Source of the DNA: Synechococcus sp.
Lineage (GTDB): Bacteria; Cyanobacteriota; Cyanobacteriia; PCC-6307; Cyanobiaceae
Reading direction: 5' to 3'
Assembly: GCA_047285535.1 (NCBI GenBank)
Contig: JBJBDC010000001.1
Coordinates: forward strand, 32,136-96,135
Length of the DNA stretch: 64,000 nt
In this document: one piece after another, positions 32,275 to 42,138 of the stretch
Numbering within the stretch: position 1 is the stretch's first letter
Layout: every line of letters begins with the position of its first letter
Notes under the pieces: generated by a model
Seen by the model: the letters and a program-made list of their open reading frames with translations, nothing else
Told to the model about the DNA's origin: nothing
The model's database searches: none
Position numbers and translations under genes: made by a program

Positions 32275-33591
32275 CTAGTTTCGTAAGGTTTGATTCTGGC
32301 CTTGTTCGTTCCCTTCATGGTGAGGAGCACTCCCCTTGAGGATCAAGACCGGATTCATCGGAGCGAGACGGGTGCCCTCGCCAAGGGGTTGCCCTCGCCA
32401 TGCTTGATGCTGACTGACTTTCACCTTGTAATGGGCTGACTCGAGTATCGGTCGCAGGTCGGCGAGGGCTTCCAGGGTGGCGAGGGGAATCACTACTTCT
32501 GAATGAGATCCCATGCGCTTCATAACTTGTTCGAGCAGTGATCGTCGATGACGACCACCTCCGCCAATTAACACTCGATCGGGTGTTGCCAATGCCGCAG
32601 GGAGTTGTTCAAGCGCCTCGAGGGCATTGCCCTCCACGATCGCTGCTGGACGGACACCTAAGCGCAAGGCATTGGCGGCGATCAATGACCGTCCACCGCT
32701 GCGCTGCTCCACACAGAGCAACTGCAATTCAGGTTGCAACCGCAGCGCTTCAAGCCCGACACTGCCCGTGCCTGCGCCGAGGTCCCAAAGCACACCCTGC
32801 TGAGGAAGGTTGAGCTCTGCCAGCAACTGAATCCGAACCTCCCGTTTGGTCATCAATCCGGGACGATCGTTGTGTTGAAGAAAGATGCCATCATCAATAC
32901 CAAAGAGTGGCAGAGGGGGTAATCGCGAGGCCTCCTCTGCTTCTGCGAGAAGAACCACCAAGTGAAGGGAATGAAGATCCTGAGGGGTGGCTTGAGAGGT
33001 CTTGAGACGTTGTACCCGTTCATTGCTGTGCCCAAGGCTTTCAAAGAGCCAAAGGCTGTAGGCCGCTTCCAGGCCACTGCTGAGCAAACTTTGTCGGACT
33101 TCGTCTACCCCTCCCCGGCTTGGATCGGTGAGGATGGCCAAGGCCTCCGGTCGTTGTTGCAAGCGTTGCATCAATGGAGTGGGGTCTCTGCCATGCAGGC
33201 TCAGCCATTCGGCGTCCTGCCAGGAACGACCAAGGCGTGCAAAAGCGAGTTGAAGCGAAGACGGCGCTGGATGAAACCGCAGGTGGTTTTGTGGCAATCG
33301 TTCGCTCAAAATTCGTCCGATTCCAAACCACAGAGGGTCGCCGCTGGCCAGTACGACAGCGCATTGAGATGAAGGCAGAGCGCTCAAGGCATCGCATAGT
33401 GCGATGGGTGCATCACTTCTGTGTAGTTCACCGCCCCATGCCTGGTGATCAACTCCGCTTTGTAGCCAATGGCGAAGAGCAGGAAGAAGTCGATCGGGTG
33501 CTGCAATCCAGTTTGCTCTGCGCAAGAGCTCCTGCTGAGCACCCGGTAGAGAATCCGGTGCTCCGGCATCGCTGCCTATGACATCGATCAT
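32275..33591 (-). CDS. cobL: Precorrin-6Y methyltransferase/decarboxylase (CbiE-CbiT fusion)
   Basis: LASGDPLWFGIG, SLHGR, MTKREVR and WDLGAGTGSVG motifs. Confidence 0.93.
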   Translation of the reverse strand: MIDVIGSDAGAPDSLPGAQQELLRRANWIAAPDRLLPALRHWLQSGVDHQAWGGELHRSDAPIALCDALSALPSSQCAVVLASGDPLWFGIGRILSERLPQNHLRFHPAPSSLQLAFARLGRSWQDAEWLSLHGRDPTPLMQRLQQRPEALAILTDPSRGGVDEVRQSLLSSGLEAAYSLWLFESLGHSNERVQRLKTSQATPQDLHSLHLVVLLAEAEEASRLPPLPLFGIDDGIFLQHNDRPGLMTKREVRIQLLAELNLPQQGVLWDLGAGTGSVGLEALRLQPELQLLCVEQRSGGRSLIAANALRLGVRPAAIVEGNALEALEQLPAALATPDRVLIGGGGRHRRSLLEQVMKRMGSHSEVVIPLATLEALADLRPILESAHYKVKVSQHQAWRGQPLGEGTRLAPMNPVLILKGSAPHHEGNEQGQNQTLRN

Positions 33592-34591
33592 CGCTTCATT
33601 TTGTGTGCGACAGACAGCTCAGAGGACAATGATCCCTATCAGGTGAGATGTAGATCATGATCTCAACTTTTAAAGCCCTGAATTTATAGTCAAAGATAAT
33701 CAATATTTAATGACCTTTCGTCGCATTGCCTTTGATGACTCGCTTTCGGCAAGAGCAGCTTGCTTTTCCCTAGGAGTGTTTGCAGTCGTTTTTGGGTTCT
33801 CGGAGACCAACAATCACTCGAAAGACCTTTTTGAGAAAATTCAGCATTGACGATCTGCACAACACAGGACTGGTCCCATGCAAGCTGAGGTGAATCAAGC
33901 CTTCGTCATGGGGCCAGTGATGACGAGGAATGGCGCTCTCACTGAAATCGAGGTGATCTTGGCTTAATCCATCCGAGCGGGCGAGGTCCTAAGGATCGCT
34001 AAAAGACCTTGAAACAATGGAGTTGGTGTGTGCTTGAAACTGAAGAAAGGCGGAGCCCTGGCTTTGGACGCAATGATGTGTCCTGTGTTGAATCCTTTGT
34101 TTATAGATTTGGTTCTGTTGGTATGTATCAGTGCGCATTCAAATTAATTCCAAATATTGTTTTTATCGTGGCTAGAATGCGCCTCTGCTTAAACTTTTTA
34201 AGTGAGTTTCATATGTAAAAGAAGTGCTTTCAAGTCTCGAAATGTGCTACTCCGTTTTGAGGTTAAAGCTTCAAGAGTTCAAAATTTGTTTTTATGATCT
34301 TCGCTTGAAAAGGATTTTTCTTTGATGGGTCTGACGAGTTGGAGTATTGTGTCTTCGATGATTGGATGTCTTCATTGATTGTTTCTATTTGAGAATGCCA
34401 GGTTGACATGGTTATTTGAATGATTGTTGGCTGGATTGTCTTCAATTTCTTCTTTTCTCTTGCTTGGGTTTCTGTATTGCTGGCAATTGCTATTGGATTT
34501 AAGAAGGTGATGGCGATCTGTTGCCCTCTTGTCGAGGTCTGAAAATGAGTGGACGATTCAGCTTCAGTGAATTCATGTTGACATGCGTGAT

Positions 34592-35464
34592 TTAGATTTC
34601 TGTGGTCATTGGATCCTGAGATGCCTTGGCTTTGCGCCATCTCATGAATGGGACAGAGCCGATTGCTGTGATCACCACATAACCCACCACTGCAGCTTTG
34701 ACGTCTAAGGCTCCTGGATCCGTACGTTCAACTAAAAGTAGAGCTAGGCCTGGATTACGCATCGAGAGCACCAGTGGCAAAGTGCTGCGCTCAATCGTGT
34801 CTTCGCTTGCGATCACAAATCCCAACGTCAGTGCAATCCAGGTGAGGGTGAGCATCACCAAGACTCCTTGAAGGTTGGCGATCAGCATTCGCAAGGCGTC
34901 TGGTAGGGCCACGATCAGGATCAAGGCCAGCAGCAGCAGTAAAAGAATGCTTGCCCCTTTCTGAATGAAAGGATTCCAGCGGTAGGCCCACTCACTTCGC
35001 CATCGTCTTAATGACACACCGAGCAGCAGGGGAACTAACTGCACAGTCAATACCTGGGAGGCAACCTCTTTGGCTGGAATACTCAGTATGGTCTCGCTTG
35101 CTTCCTCTGGTAGCTGACTTGCCCATAACGGCACGCTGATGATTGCGGAACATGCGGACCAGAATTGCAGCCTTGTTGCTAATTCAGTGTTATGGGCTAC
35201 TTGTCTACTTTTGCGAGTGATCATCGGCGCGCTTGGGCAGATCGCCATCAGCATTACGGCCGTTGCCATGGCAGGCGAGAGACTTTGACCTAGTGGTGTC
35301 CTCAGCAGAATAAGCGCTGCGACGGGTATGCCGACGCAAGTGGTCAGCAAGACACGAATCAGGAGAGCCGGTCTGCGCTGTAGCAGATCGAATTGAATGC
35401 TGGGCAGATTTAGGCCCAAAGACACCATGATCAGAATCAGAGCAACAGAAATCAGCAGTGACAT
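34592..35464 (-). CDS. Bile acid:sodium symporter family transporter
   Basis: About 9 TM segments; MVSLGL, ICPSAP, LVPLLLG and MRNPGLAL motifs. Confidence 0.82.
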   Translation of the reverse strand: MSLLISVALILIMVSLGLNLPSIQFDLLQRRPALLIRVLLTTCVGIPVAALILLRTPLGQSLSPAMATAVMLMAICPSAPMITRKSRQVAHNTELATRLQFWSACSAIISVPLWASQLPEEASETILSIPAKEVASQVLTVQLVPLLLGVSLRRWRSEWAYRWNPFIQKGASILLLLLLALILIVALPDALRMLIANLQGVLVMLTLTWIALTLGFVIASEDTIERSTLPLVLSMRNPGLALLLVERTDPGALDVKAAVVGYVVITAIGSVPFMRWRKAKASQDPMTTEI

Positions 35465-35513
35465 GGAGAGAAGTGAGGGGACGCTTTCTTATTGATTGGG
35501 TAGTGACTTGTCT

Positions 35514-35795
35514 TCATATCAACGCATTGAGCGGCAATCGAAATGTAATAACTCCGGTCTCCGTTACTCCTGTAGGGGTGACGGTTGAGCGCGATGGCTC
35601 ATTGCGATGGATGTAGAAGTTGTTTAACAGCTCCACTTGATATCCGGAAGGATCATGGTCTTTCATGGCAATGGAGAATAGGAATTACATTTTGCTTGTG
35701 GTCTAATTAAGGTCTCTTCGATACGTGTTGATGAAGTGGTCGCGATGGTGAGCATCGCTTTGAAAAGTCAGGTCTTCTTCTGGAGCTGCTTGGAC
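35514..35795 (-). pseudogene. Decayed ORF with two in-frame stops
   Basis: Single frame reads VQAAPEEDLTFQSDAHHRDHFINTYRRDLN*TTSKM*FLFSIAMKDHDPSGYQVELLNNFY...ITFRLPLNALI*. Confidence 0.3.
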
Positions 35796-36071
35796 TGATT
35801 GGTGTGAATGGATATGGTTTGTTTGTATTTTTAACTCTCATTTATGAGTTTTTAGCTTCGAGATTTATACTTTTTTCAGTGTATGTCTGAATTTTTGTGG
35901 TGCCTCGATCTAAGCGATAGCTTTGCTGATGAGGGGGCTGGGGCTATGGGAGTCAACTCAATCTCTCTGACGAATCAAGGTTTAAGTCCTTGTTTTGATC
36001 AGAGTCTGTTTAGGTGTTTCCTGAAAAAGGTTTCGATAAGTGGCTGAAAAATGTCCGCGGCTTGTGAATCC

Positions 36072-36257
36072 TTAGTGGGAGAAGATTTCTCCCATTGTGC
36101 TTAATTCTAGGGCAGAATGACCTTCTGCTGAGCGAAGCGTTGAATTGACTTGTTGGAGTCCCGAGGGGGCATGAGCGGATAGGGCCGCCACTGGTTGAAG
36201 CAACAGCAAGACACTGATTGCCCCTGTTAGTCCTGTTGTTCCTAGTTGGACTGTCAT
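36072..36257 (-). CDS. Small signal-peptide-bearing hypothetical protein (possibly truncated)
   Basis: ATG overlaps the upstream TGA (ATGA); hydrophobic N-terminus ending VAA. Confidence 0.4.
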   Translation of the reverse strand: MTVQLGTTGLTGAISVLLLLQPVAALSAHAPSGLQQVNSTLRSAEGHSALELSTMGEIFSH

Positions 36258-36730
36258 TTCTGAATGGCCTCCAAGAGTCGGTCGCAGCCGTTGTCAAAGC
36301 AAGCCACGGCTCCGCGTCCGTTGTCCGCAAAGGCCATCCCAATGCGTGTGCGGCCTTGAATCGCATCACCGCCTTGGATCAGCACATCGGCCAGGAAGGT
36401 TGGGTTGTTCACGCAAAATGCTTTGTTGTTGAAGCAAAGCTCGTCTGTTTTGAAATTGATCGATGCGTTTTTGACCGATGTCTAGGGTGCGCCTGCACTG
36501 GCTTGGCTTTCGATACGGACGTAAGGATCTTCTATCACCCGGTACGTCGCCGTACGTGATCCAAACCGATGTCGATCTTCCGTGGAATGATCCACACTTA
36601 TCGCCTGTACTTGGCAGGAAAATCGTGATGCTGTTGGGGTGCTGCAAGTGGTGTTGATGACATCAAGCTCCTCTGCGTTGAACGCTGGAGCAACCAGGCC
36701 GCGGCTGAGATCCAGCAGGGATGTCAGCAC
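36254..36730 (-). pseudogene. Cys-containing hypothetical protein interrupted by an in-frame TAG at 36484-36482
   Basis: Frame continues 75 sense codons past the TAG (TSVKNASINFKTDELCFNNKAFC...CDRLLEAIQK) to a TGA overlapping the next ATG; start approximate. Confidence 0.6.
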
Positions 36731-36829
36731 CTTGCTTCGTTTGGACACAAGCCTTGGGATGGTGTGAGCGCGGAAGTGCGATGACTTCCATCCGTTCAAG
36801 ATGGCTACAACTATCGCGGTGCGATTCGA

Positions 36830-37099
36830 ATGTGCACCAATGGGATCAAGGAGCGTCGCCAACGCCTTCATGACATTTTGCTTGCCCTCCTGGCCCAACA
36901 GGGCGATCTCGAGCTGATGGATGGTGACAATCCGTCTGGTTTAGTGGCAGGGGGCAGTCGCGACGTATCAGCTGAAGCCGCGCGCTGGCTGGAACGGAAT
37001 CGTCGGGTCTTACAGCGCTATCAATCGTTAGTGCGCACTGCAGTGACACTCGATGCCCTTCTCGATGCTGAAGAGGGCATCGCTCAGGACCGTGCTTGA
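36830..37099 (+). CDS. Conserved hypothetical protein
   Basis: 89-aa helical ORF (LHDILLALLAQQGDLELMD...YQSLVRTAVTLDALLDAE). Confidence 0.7.
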   Translation: MCTNGIKERRQRLHDILLALLAQQGDLELMDGDNPSGLVAGGSRDVSAEAARWLERNRRVLQRYQSLVRTAVTLDALLDAEEGIAQDRA

Positions 37100-37110
37100 A
37101 CCTGCTGTTT

Positions 37111-38742
37111 TTAGCTGAGTCGTTCTTGACCCAGCAACTGTTGCTCCCGGCCGATGATCAACAACAGCAGGCTGATGGCAAGCAACAAGGCGGTAAGACC
37201 AGACACCACCAACATCGTTCCAGCCAGCCCTTGGGTGTAAGCCTCTTGCAGGAGTTGCATCAGTTGTCTGGAAGCCCTTCCTTCCAAGGAGATCGGACTG
37301 TTGCGTAGAAACAAGCGAATCTGTTCGTCGATTTGGGTGATGTGCTCTAAGCCAAGGCCTGCGCCCTGCATTCGAGTGTGGAGATCGTTGAAGCCAAATC
37401 CGGAGATCATCGTTCCACTGGCGGCAAGCCCAAAGGCAAAGCCCAGCTGTCCGCTGGTTGTGCGAAAGGCAAGCACTGAACCAAAGCAATGCTCAGGTGC
37501 TTCCTGCACAAATAAGGCTGATTGCGGCACCGCTACAAAGGCCAGCCCGAATCCTGCGAGCATTAAGGCCGGCAGTAGTTGCCAGTAAGGCGTCTGTACC
37601 TGCACGATGGCGAATAGGGCAAGACCCACCACCAGGGCCAGGCTGCCGCCGCCCATCAATACCAAGGTGCGACGACCCGGACCCATCCAGCGCCCTGCAT
37701 AGATCCCCGCCACGCCAAAGCAGATCAAGAATGGCAGTTGTCCAAGGGCTACATCACTGGTGCTGTAGCCCTGTACCAATTGCCAGAAATTACTGGTTTG
37801 CAGCTGCACCACTGCTTGCGCCACATTCCAGCCGATTCCATTGATCACGGCGGCTGCAAAAAAGCCTCGCAGGTAAAGCTTGGGTGGAAAAATTGGCTGA
37901 TGGCTGCGGCGCTCAATGGTGATGTGAAGCGCAAATAACAAGAGTCCGCTCAGGGAAGGCAGCCAGAAACTTGGGCTGCGCAGCCCAAGGGCTGCATGGT
38001 TGATGCCAAATAAAAACAGCACCATGGCGATGGCGATGCTGGTTAGCCCTGGGAGATCTGGTTTAAGCGAGCGATTTCCAGCGATAGCTGGTACAAGCGT
38101 GGGTAAGAGGACCAGGCTTACCGTGCAAATGACTGGTACCAGCAAAAAGGCCAGCCTCCAATCGATCGTGGCCATCCAACCGCCGATGAGAGAGCCAGTG
38201 ATAAAGCCCACAACGATCAGCAGATTCCAGAGTCCGAGGGCGGCACTCACGCCAGCAGTGGGTGTCACGAAGCGCACACTGGCAAAGGTGCTGGTGAGCA
38301 CCGAGCCCAGTGCGATGCCCGTCAGCGCGCGACCGATCAGAAAGATTCCTGCTTCGCTGGCCAGCATTGAGAGAAGATTGCCGATGAGAGCAAGCAGGAG
38401 GGAAGCCGCTAACACCTTTCTCCGTCCGAAGCGGTCGCCCAAAAATCCCATCACCAAGACTGAGGCGGCTTGAGCCAAGGTGGACACACTGGCTCCCAGT
38501 GCCAAAACTGATCCGTGCATCTGCAGGGCATCGCTGGCCTTCACCAAAGCGATATTGGCTACGCTCGGGTCGATCAGCTGCAGGCTGGCCAGGATTCCGA
38601 GATACGGGACTGTTAGGCGAGAAATTTTCAGGGCTCGAATGCCGGTGACCGTCAAAAGGCTGGAGGTGTAATGGTTGAGACCAGTGGTGATTCGTGGCTT
38701 TGGCATTTTGATTCGCAACGCCAAAGCCATAGCAGGTGTCAA
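37111..38742 (-). CDS. MFS transporter, DHA2/EmrB-like (about 14 TM)
   Basis: Motif A GFLGDRFGRRK, GRALTG and WRLAFL; long penultimate loop; start uncertain. Confidence 0.88.
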   Translation of the reverse strand: MTPAMALALRIKMPKPRITTGLNHYTSSLLTVTGIRALKISRLTVPYLGILASLQLIDPSVANIALVKASDALQMHGSVLALGASVSTLAQAASVLVMGFLGDRFGRRKVLAASLLLALIGNLLSMLASEAGIFLIGRALTGIALGSVLTSTFASVRFVTPTAGVSAALGLWNLLIVVGFITGSLIGGWMATIDWRLAFLLVPVICTVSLVLLPTLVPAIAGNRSLKPDLPGLTSIAIAMVLFLFGINHAALGLRSPSFWLPSLSGLLLFALHITIERRSHQPIFPPKLYLRGFFAAAVINGIGWNVAQAVVQLQTSNFWQLVQGYSTSDVALGQLPFLICFGVAGIYAGRWMGPGRRTLVLMGGGSLALVVGLALFAIVQVQTPYWQLLPALMLAGFGLAFVAVPQSALFVQEAPEHCFGSVLAFRTTSGQLGFAFGLAASGTMISGFGFNDLHTRMQGAGLGLEHITQIDEQIRLFLRNSPISLEGRASRQLMQLLQEAYTQGLAGTMLVVSGLTALLLAISLLLLIIGREQQLLGQERLS

Positions 38743-38854
38743 TCAGCCGGCAGTGTTGCATGCATCGCTTGGCTTCCATTCCCTCATTTGCTGATAGCCA
38801 GGCTCTGGCTCTTCTGGCCAGCTCTGGCAATCTGGAGCAACTTTCGGCCTCTGC

Positions 38855-41356
38855 ATGGCACCGCTCGGACTGTCTGCACTGCGTTCACGGTTTAGCCGCG
38901 GCTCGTCAGGGAAGGGCTGGCAATCACCAGAAGCAAGTTGGAACCGTCCATTTGGACTGGGTTGGCAGACACCTTTCACTGTCCGCTACGCAAGCAACCT
39001 CGATGATGGCCCCTGGCATGGCATGCCTTTGGGGGGGTTTGGTGCGGGCTGCTTGGCACGCAGCTCCCGTGGTGATTTCAACCTCTGGCATCTCGATGGT
39101 GGAGAGCATTGGTTCGGCACTATCCCCGACTGCCAATTCGCTCTGTGGGAAAAGCAAGGTGAGCATGTGTCTGTTCACGCGTTAGCCACTGAGCCAGAAC
39201 TTGATGACTCAAGGCCAGATTCAGGGAAGCCGCTCAGCAGCTGGCAGTGGTATCCAGCCAGTACCGATGAGCGCAGCACTGGAACTTACGCCGCCCGCTA
39301 TCCCCTGAGCTGGAATCATTATGAGGGAGTGTTTCGCGCTGAGGCGACGTGCGAGGCGTTCAGTCCGATCCTTCCCGGCGACTATCAACGCAGCAGCTAT
39401 CCAGTGGCGGTTTTCCACTGGACCTTGCGCAATCCCACCAACAAGCCCCTGGAGCTATCGCTACTGCTGAGCTGGCGAAACACGGTGGGTTGGTTCACCA
39501 ACACCGATTCATCGGCCAAGGTTCACTTTCGTGATGACGGTAGTCCTGAACATAATTACGCTCCGGCGATTGGGAACACCGAGGGGCAGCGCAATTGCTG
39601 GATTGATGGCAATGGATTGAGCGGTGTGCTGCTCGATGGCAAACGGTCGATGCCGCTTGCGGAAGGAGAAGGACAGTGGTGTTTAGCCCTTCCAGAAGAG
39701 ATGGAGGGCGTCGAGCTGATGCGCTGCAGCCGCTGGGATCCAAGTGGTGATGGAGCTGAGATTTGGCAGCCGTTTGCGACTGATGGGGTTATTCCTAACA
39801 GCAACAACGATCGCTCCAGCCGCCCGGGTGAGCATGCCAGTGCTGCGATTGCTGTGAAGCTCAGCCTGGCGCCGGGTGAAACCCGAGAGATTCCGGTTGT
39901 GATCAGTTGGGATCTGCCAGTGACAGCTTTTGCCACAGGGGTGAGTGATTTGCGACGTTACAGCGACTTTTTCGGAGCTAACGGCAACCATGCAGCGGCG
40001 ATTGCTAGGGAAGCCTTACGTGATTGGAGGTCTTGGCATGAACAAATTGAGGTATGGCAGGCCCCGGTATTGGCACGAACGGAGCTGCCCGAAGAGTTGC
40101 GGATGGCACTCTTCAATGAGCTCTATGACCTGGCCAGTGGCGGCAGCCTTTGGACGACAGCGACTTCGAAAGATCCCTACGGTCGATTTGGGGTTCTTGA
40201 GTGTCTTGACTACGCATGGTACGAAAGTCTTGATGTGCGTTTGTACGGCTCTTTTGCCTTGCTGCAGCTCTGGCCGGAGTTGGATAAAGCGGTGATTCGT
40301 AGCTTTGCCCGGGCGATTCCGGCGGCAGATACCACCCAACGGCCGATTGGTTGGTATTTCACGCAAGGTCGCGGGAGGGTGGAAGCCGACCGCAAGGTGA
40401 AAGGCGCCACTCCGCATGATTTGGGTGCACCCAATGAAGTGCCTTTTGATGCCACCAATTACACCGCCTATCAAGATTGCAATCTCTGGAAAGATCTCGC
40501 CAGCGATTACGTTTTGCAGGTGTGGCGCACCTTTACATTGTCACCAACTGGGGAAGACCTGAGTTTTCTCGCGGACTGTTGGCCAGCGGCGGTGCAGGCA
40601 CTGCATTACCTCAAACAATTTGACAGAAATGACGATGGTTTGCCTGATAACGGCGGTGCCCCGGATCAAACCTTTGATGATTGGCCGCTGAAGGGGGTGA
40701 GTGCTTACTGCGGTGCGCTTTGGATTGCAGCATTAGAAGCAGCCTTAGCGATGGCGCAACGGTTGCAGCTGGAAATGGGTCTGGAAACTGGTGAGGAGCA
40801 ACATACCTTTAGTGGTTGGTTGGAACAATCGCGCACCAATTTCGACAGGCTCCTTTGGAATGGCGAGTACTACGACATCGATGCCGAAAGTGGTACTCCC
40901 GTAGTGATGGCTGATCAACTCTGTGGTGATTTCTATGCTCGCTTGCTGGGCCTTCCACCTGTGGTGAGTGAGGTCAATAGCCGCAGTACCTTAAAGGCCA
41001 TCAAGGAAGCTTGTTTTGACAATTTTGCGGATGGCACTTTGGGTGTAGCCAATGGTTTGCGCCGTGATGGCACTCCACTGGATCCGAATGGCACCCACCC
41101 TTTGGAAGTTTGGACAGGGATCAATTTCGGCATTGCCAGCTACTACCGCTTGATGGGGGAGGGCAAGACTGCAGAAGCGATTTGCTCTGCGGTCGTGAAC
41201 CAGGTGTATTCGGGTGGTTTGCAATTCCGCACGCCCGAAGCGATCACTGCAGTGAATACATTCCGGGCCTGCCACTATCTGCGGGCGATGGCGATTTGGG
41301 GGCTTTGGGCCACCCATACCGCTTGGGAGTTGATCCCTGGTGCACAGCGGGTGTAA
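38855..41356 (+). CDS. Glycoside hydrolase family 116 (GBA2-like)
   Basis: GMPLGGFGAG, LECLDYAWYESLDV, PHDLGAP, DQTFDDW, EVWTG and FRTPEA motifs. Confidence 0.93.
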   Translation: MAPLGLSALRSRFSRGSSGKGWQSPEASWNRPFGLGWQTPFTVRYASNLDDGPWHGMPLGGFGAGCLARSSRGDFNLWHLDGGEHWFGTIPDCQFALWEKQGEHVSVHALATEPELDDSRPDSGKPLSSWQWYPASTDERSTGTYAARYPLSWNHYEGVFRAEATCEAFSPILPGDYQRSSYPVAVFHWTLRNPTNKPLELSLLLSWRNTVGWFTNTDSSAKVHFRDDGSPEHNYAPAIGNTEGQRNCWIDGNGLSGVLLDGKRSMPLAEGEGQWCLALPEEMEGVELMRCSRWDPSGDGAEIWQPFATDGVIPNSNNDRSSRPGEHASAAIAVKLSLAPGETREIPVVISWDLPVTAFATGVSDLRRYSDFFGANGNHAAAIAREALRDWRSWHEQIEVWQAPVLARTELPEELRMALFNELYDLASGGSLWTTATSKDPYGRFGVLECLDYAWYESLDVRLYGSFALLQLWPELDKAVIRSFARAIPAADTTQRPIGWYFTQGRGRVEADRKVKGATPHDLGAPNEVPFDATNYTAYQDCNLWKDLASDYVLQVWRTFTLSPTGEDLSFLADCWPAAVQALHYLKQFDRNDDGLPDNGGAPDQTFDDWPLKGVSAYCGALWIAALEAALAMAQRLQLEMGLETGEEQHTFSGWLEQSRTNFDRLLWNGEYYDIDAESGTPVVMADQLCGDFYARLLGLPPVVSEVNSRSTLKAIKEACFDNFADGTLGVANGLRRDGTPLDPNGTHPLEVWTGINFGIASYYRLMGEGKTAEAICSAVVNQVYSGGLQFRTPEAITAVNTFRACHYLRAMAIWGLWATHTAWELIPGAQRV

Positions 41357-41498
41357 GTGGTGCTTGCTGTTGGTGAACTCTTGAGTTAAGGCTTACTTGT
41401 TCGTGATCCGTTGGGCTTCCCTAGCGAATGTGGTTGGGATCCCATTCGCGGATCTCTTGCGTGGCGTTGACCTGCAGTCAGATTTAGACGTTTTCAGC

Positions 41499-41526
41499 CA
41501 ACAGCTCGACCTCTGTCGAGCTGTTG
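41499..41526. repeat. Perfect hairpin with 12-bp arms (possible terminator or stabiliser)
   Basis: CAACAGCTCGAC-CTCT-GTCGAGCTGTTG. Confidence 0.8.
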
Positions 41527-42138
41527 TGGGCTATTCCTCTGATGACTGATTGAAAGGTATTCCTGATTCGTGCGCCAACAAGAGGAAACGACTTTCGCCC
41601 TGCTGGCATTGTTCTGGGTGGTTCTCATGGTAGAGGTCATTCGGTCTGAATTTCAGGCGAGCCAATATTTGCTCTTGATTGGATGGCTTATGCCAACCCA
41701 AGGTTTTTGTCAGGTGGAAGAGAGGGGCAAATAGACTATGTTTCTCATTTGTTGAGATTGAACTTTGCGATTGCCGTTTACTTTTTAGGTGTCATTTGCT
41801 ACTTGCTGGGGCTTGTTTTGTGATTCTGTGCTTTTTGGTTGTTTGGTTTGGACGTAATTAGTCATAGTTCATAGGTTTTGAGTCACATTTGTTAGTGGAT
41901 CAGTTGCGACTGTATTGGAGAATTCAGAGGAGTTGTTGATCCATGGCGTGTCTCCCTTTACCGTTGGGTGGTGTTGAAAAAATTTCCACCAGGAGTGCAT
42001 TCCAACTTTTGATAGGAAATTGACATCTTTCTCGTTGCGTTTTATTGATGTTGATCTCTTGTTGCTGTTGACAAGCGAACTCATAACAATCGATTGATTG
42101 TTCTTTTGTCTTTTTTTTCTCTTTTTCAATCTTGATTC

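Noticed and set aside
35560..35584. Hairpin upstream of the BASS symporter as a riboswitch
   Set aside because: No recognisable aptamer motif; it folds best on the strand opposite the transporter and lies within a decayed reading frame
36482..36484. Pyrrolysine or programmed amber recoding
   Set aside because: No pyl machinery is seen; a nonsense mutation or sequencing error is simpler
38063..38830. 255-aa alternative-frame ORF and similar long shadow ORFs (e.g. 43231-43668, 50753-51295)
   Set aside because: They overlap well-supported genes and have no motifs
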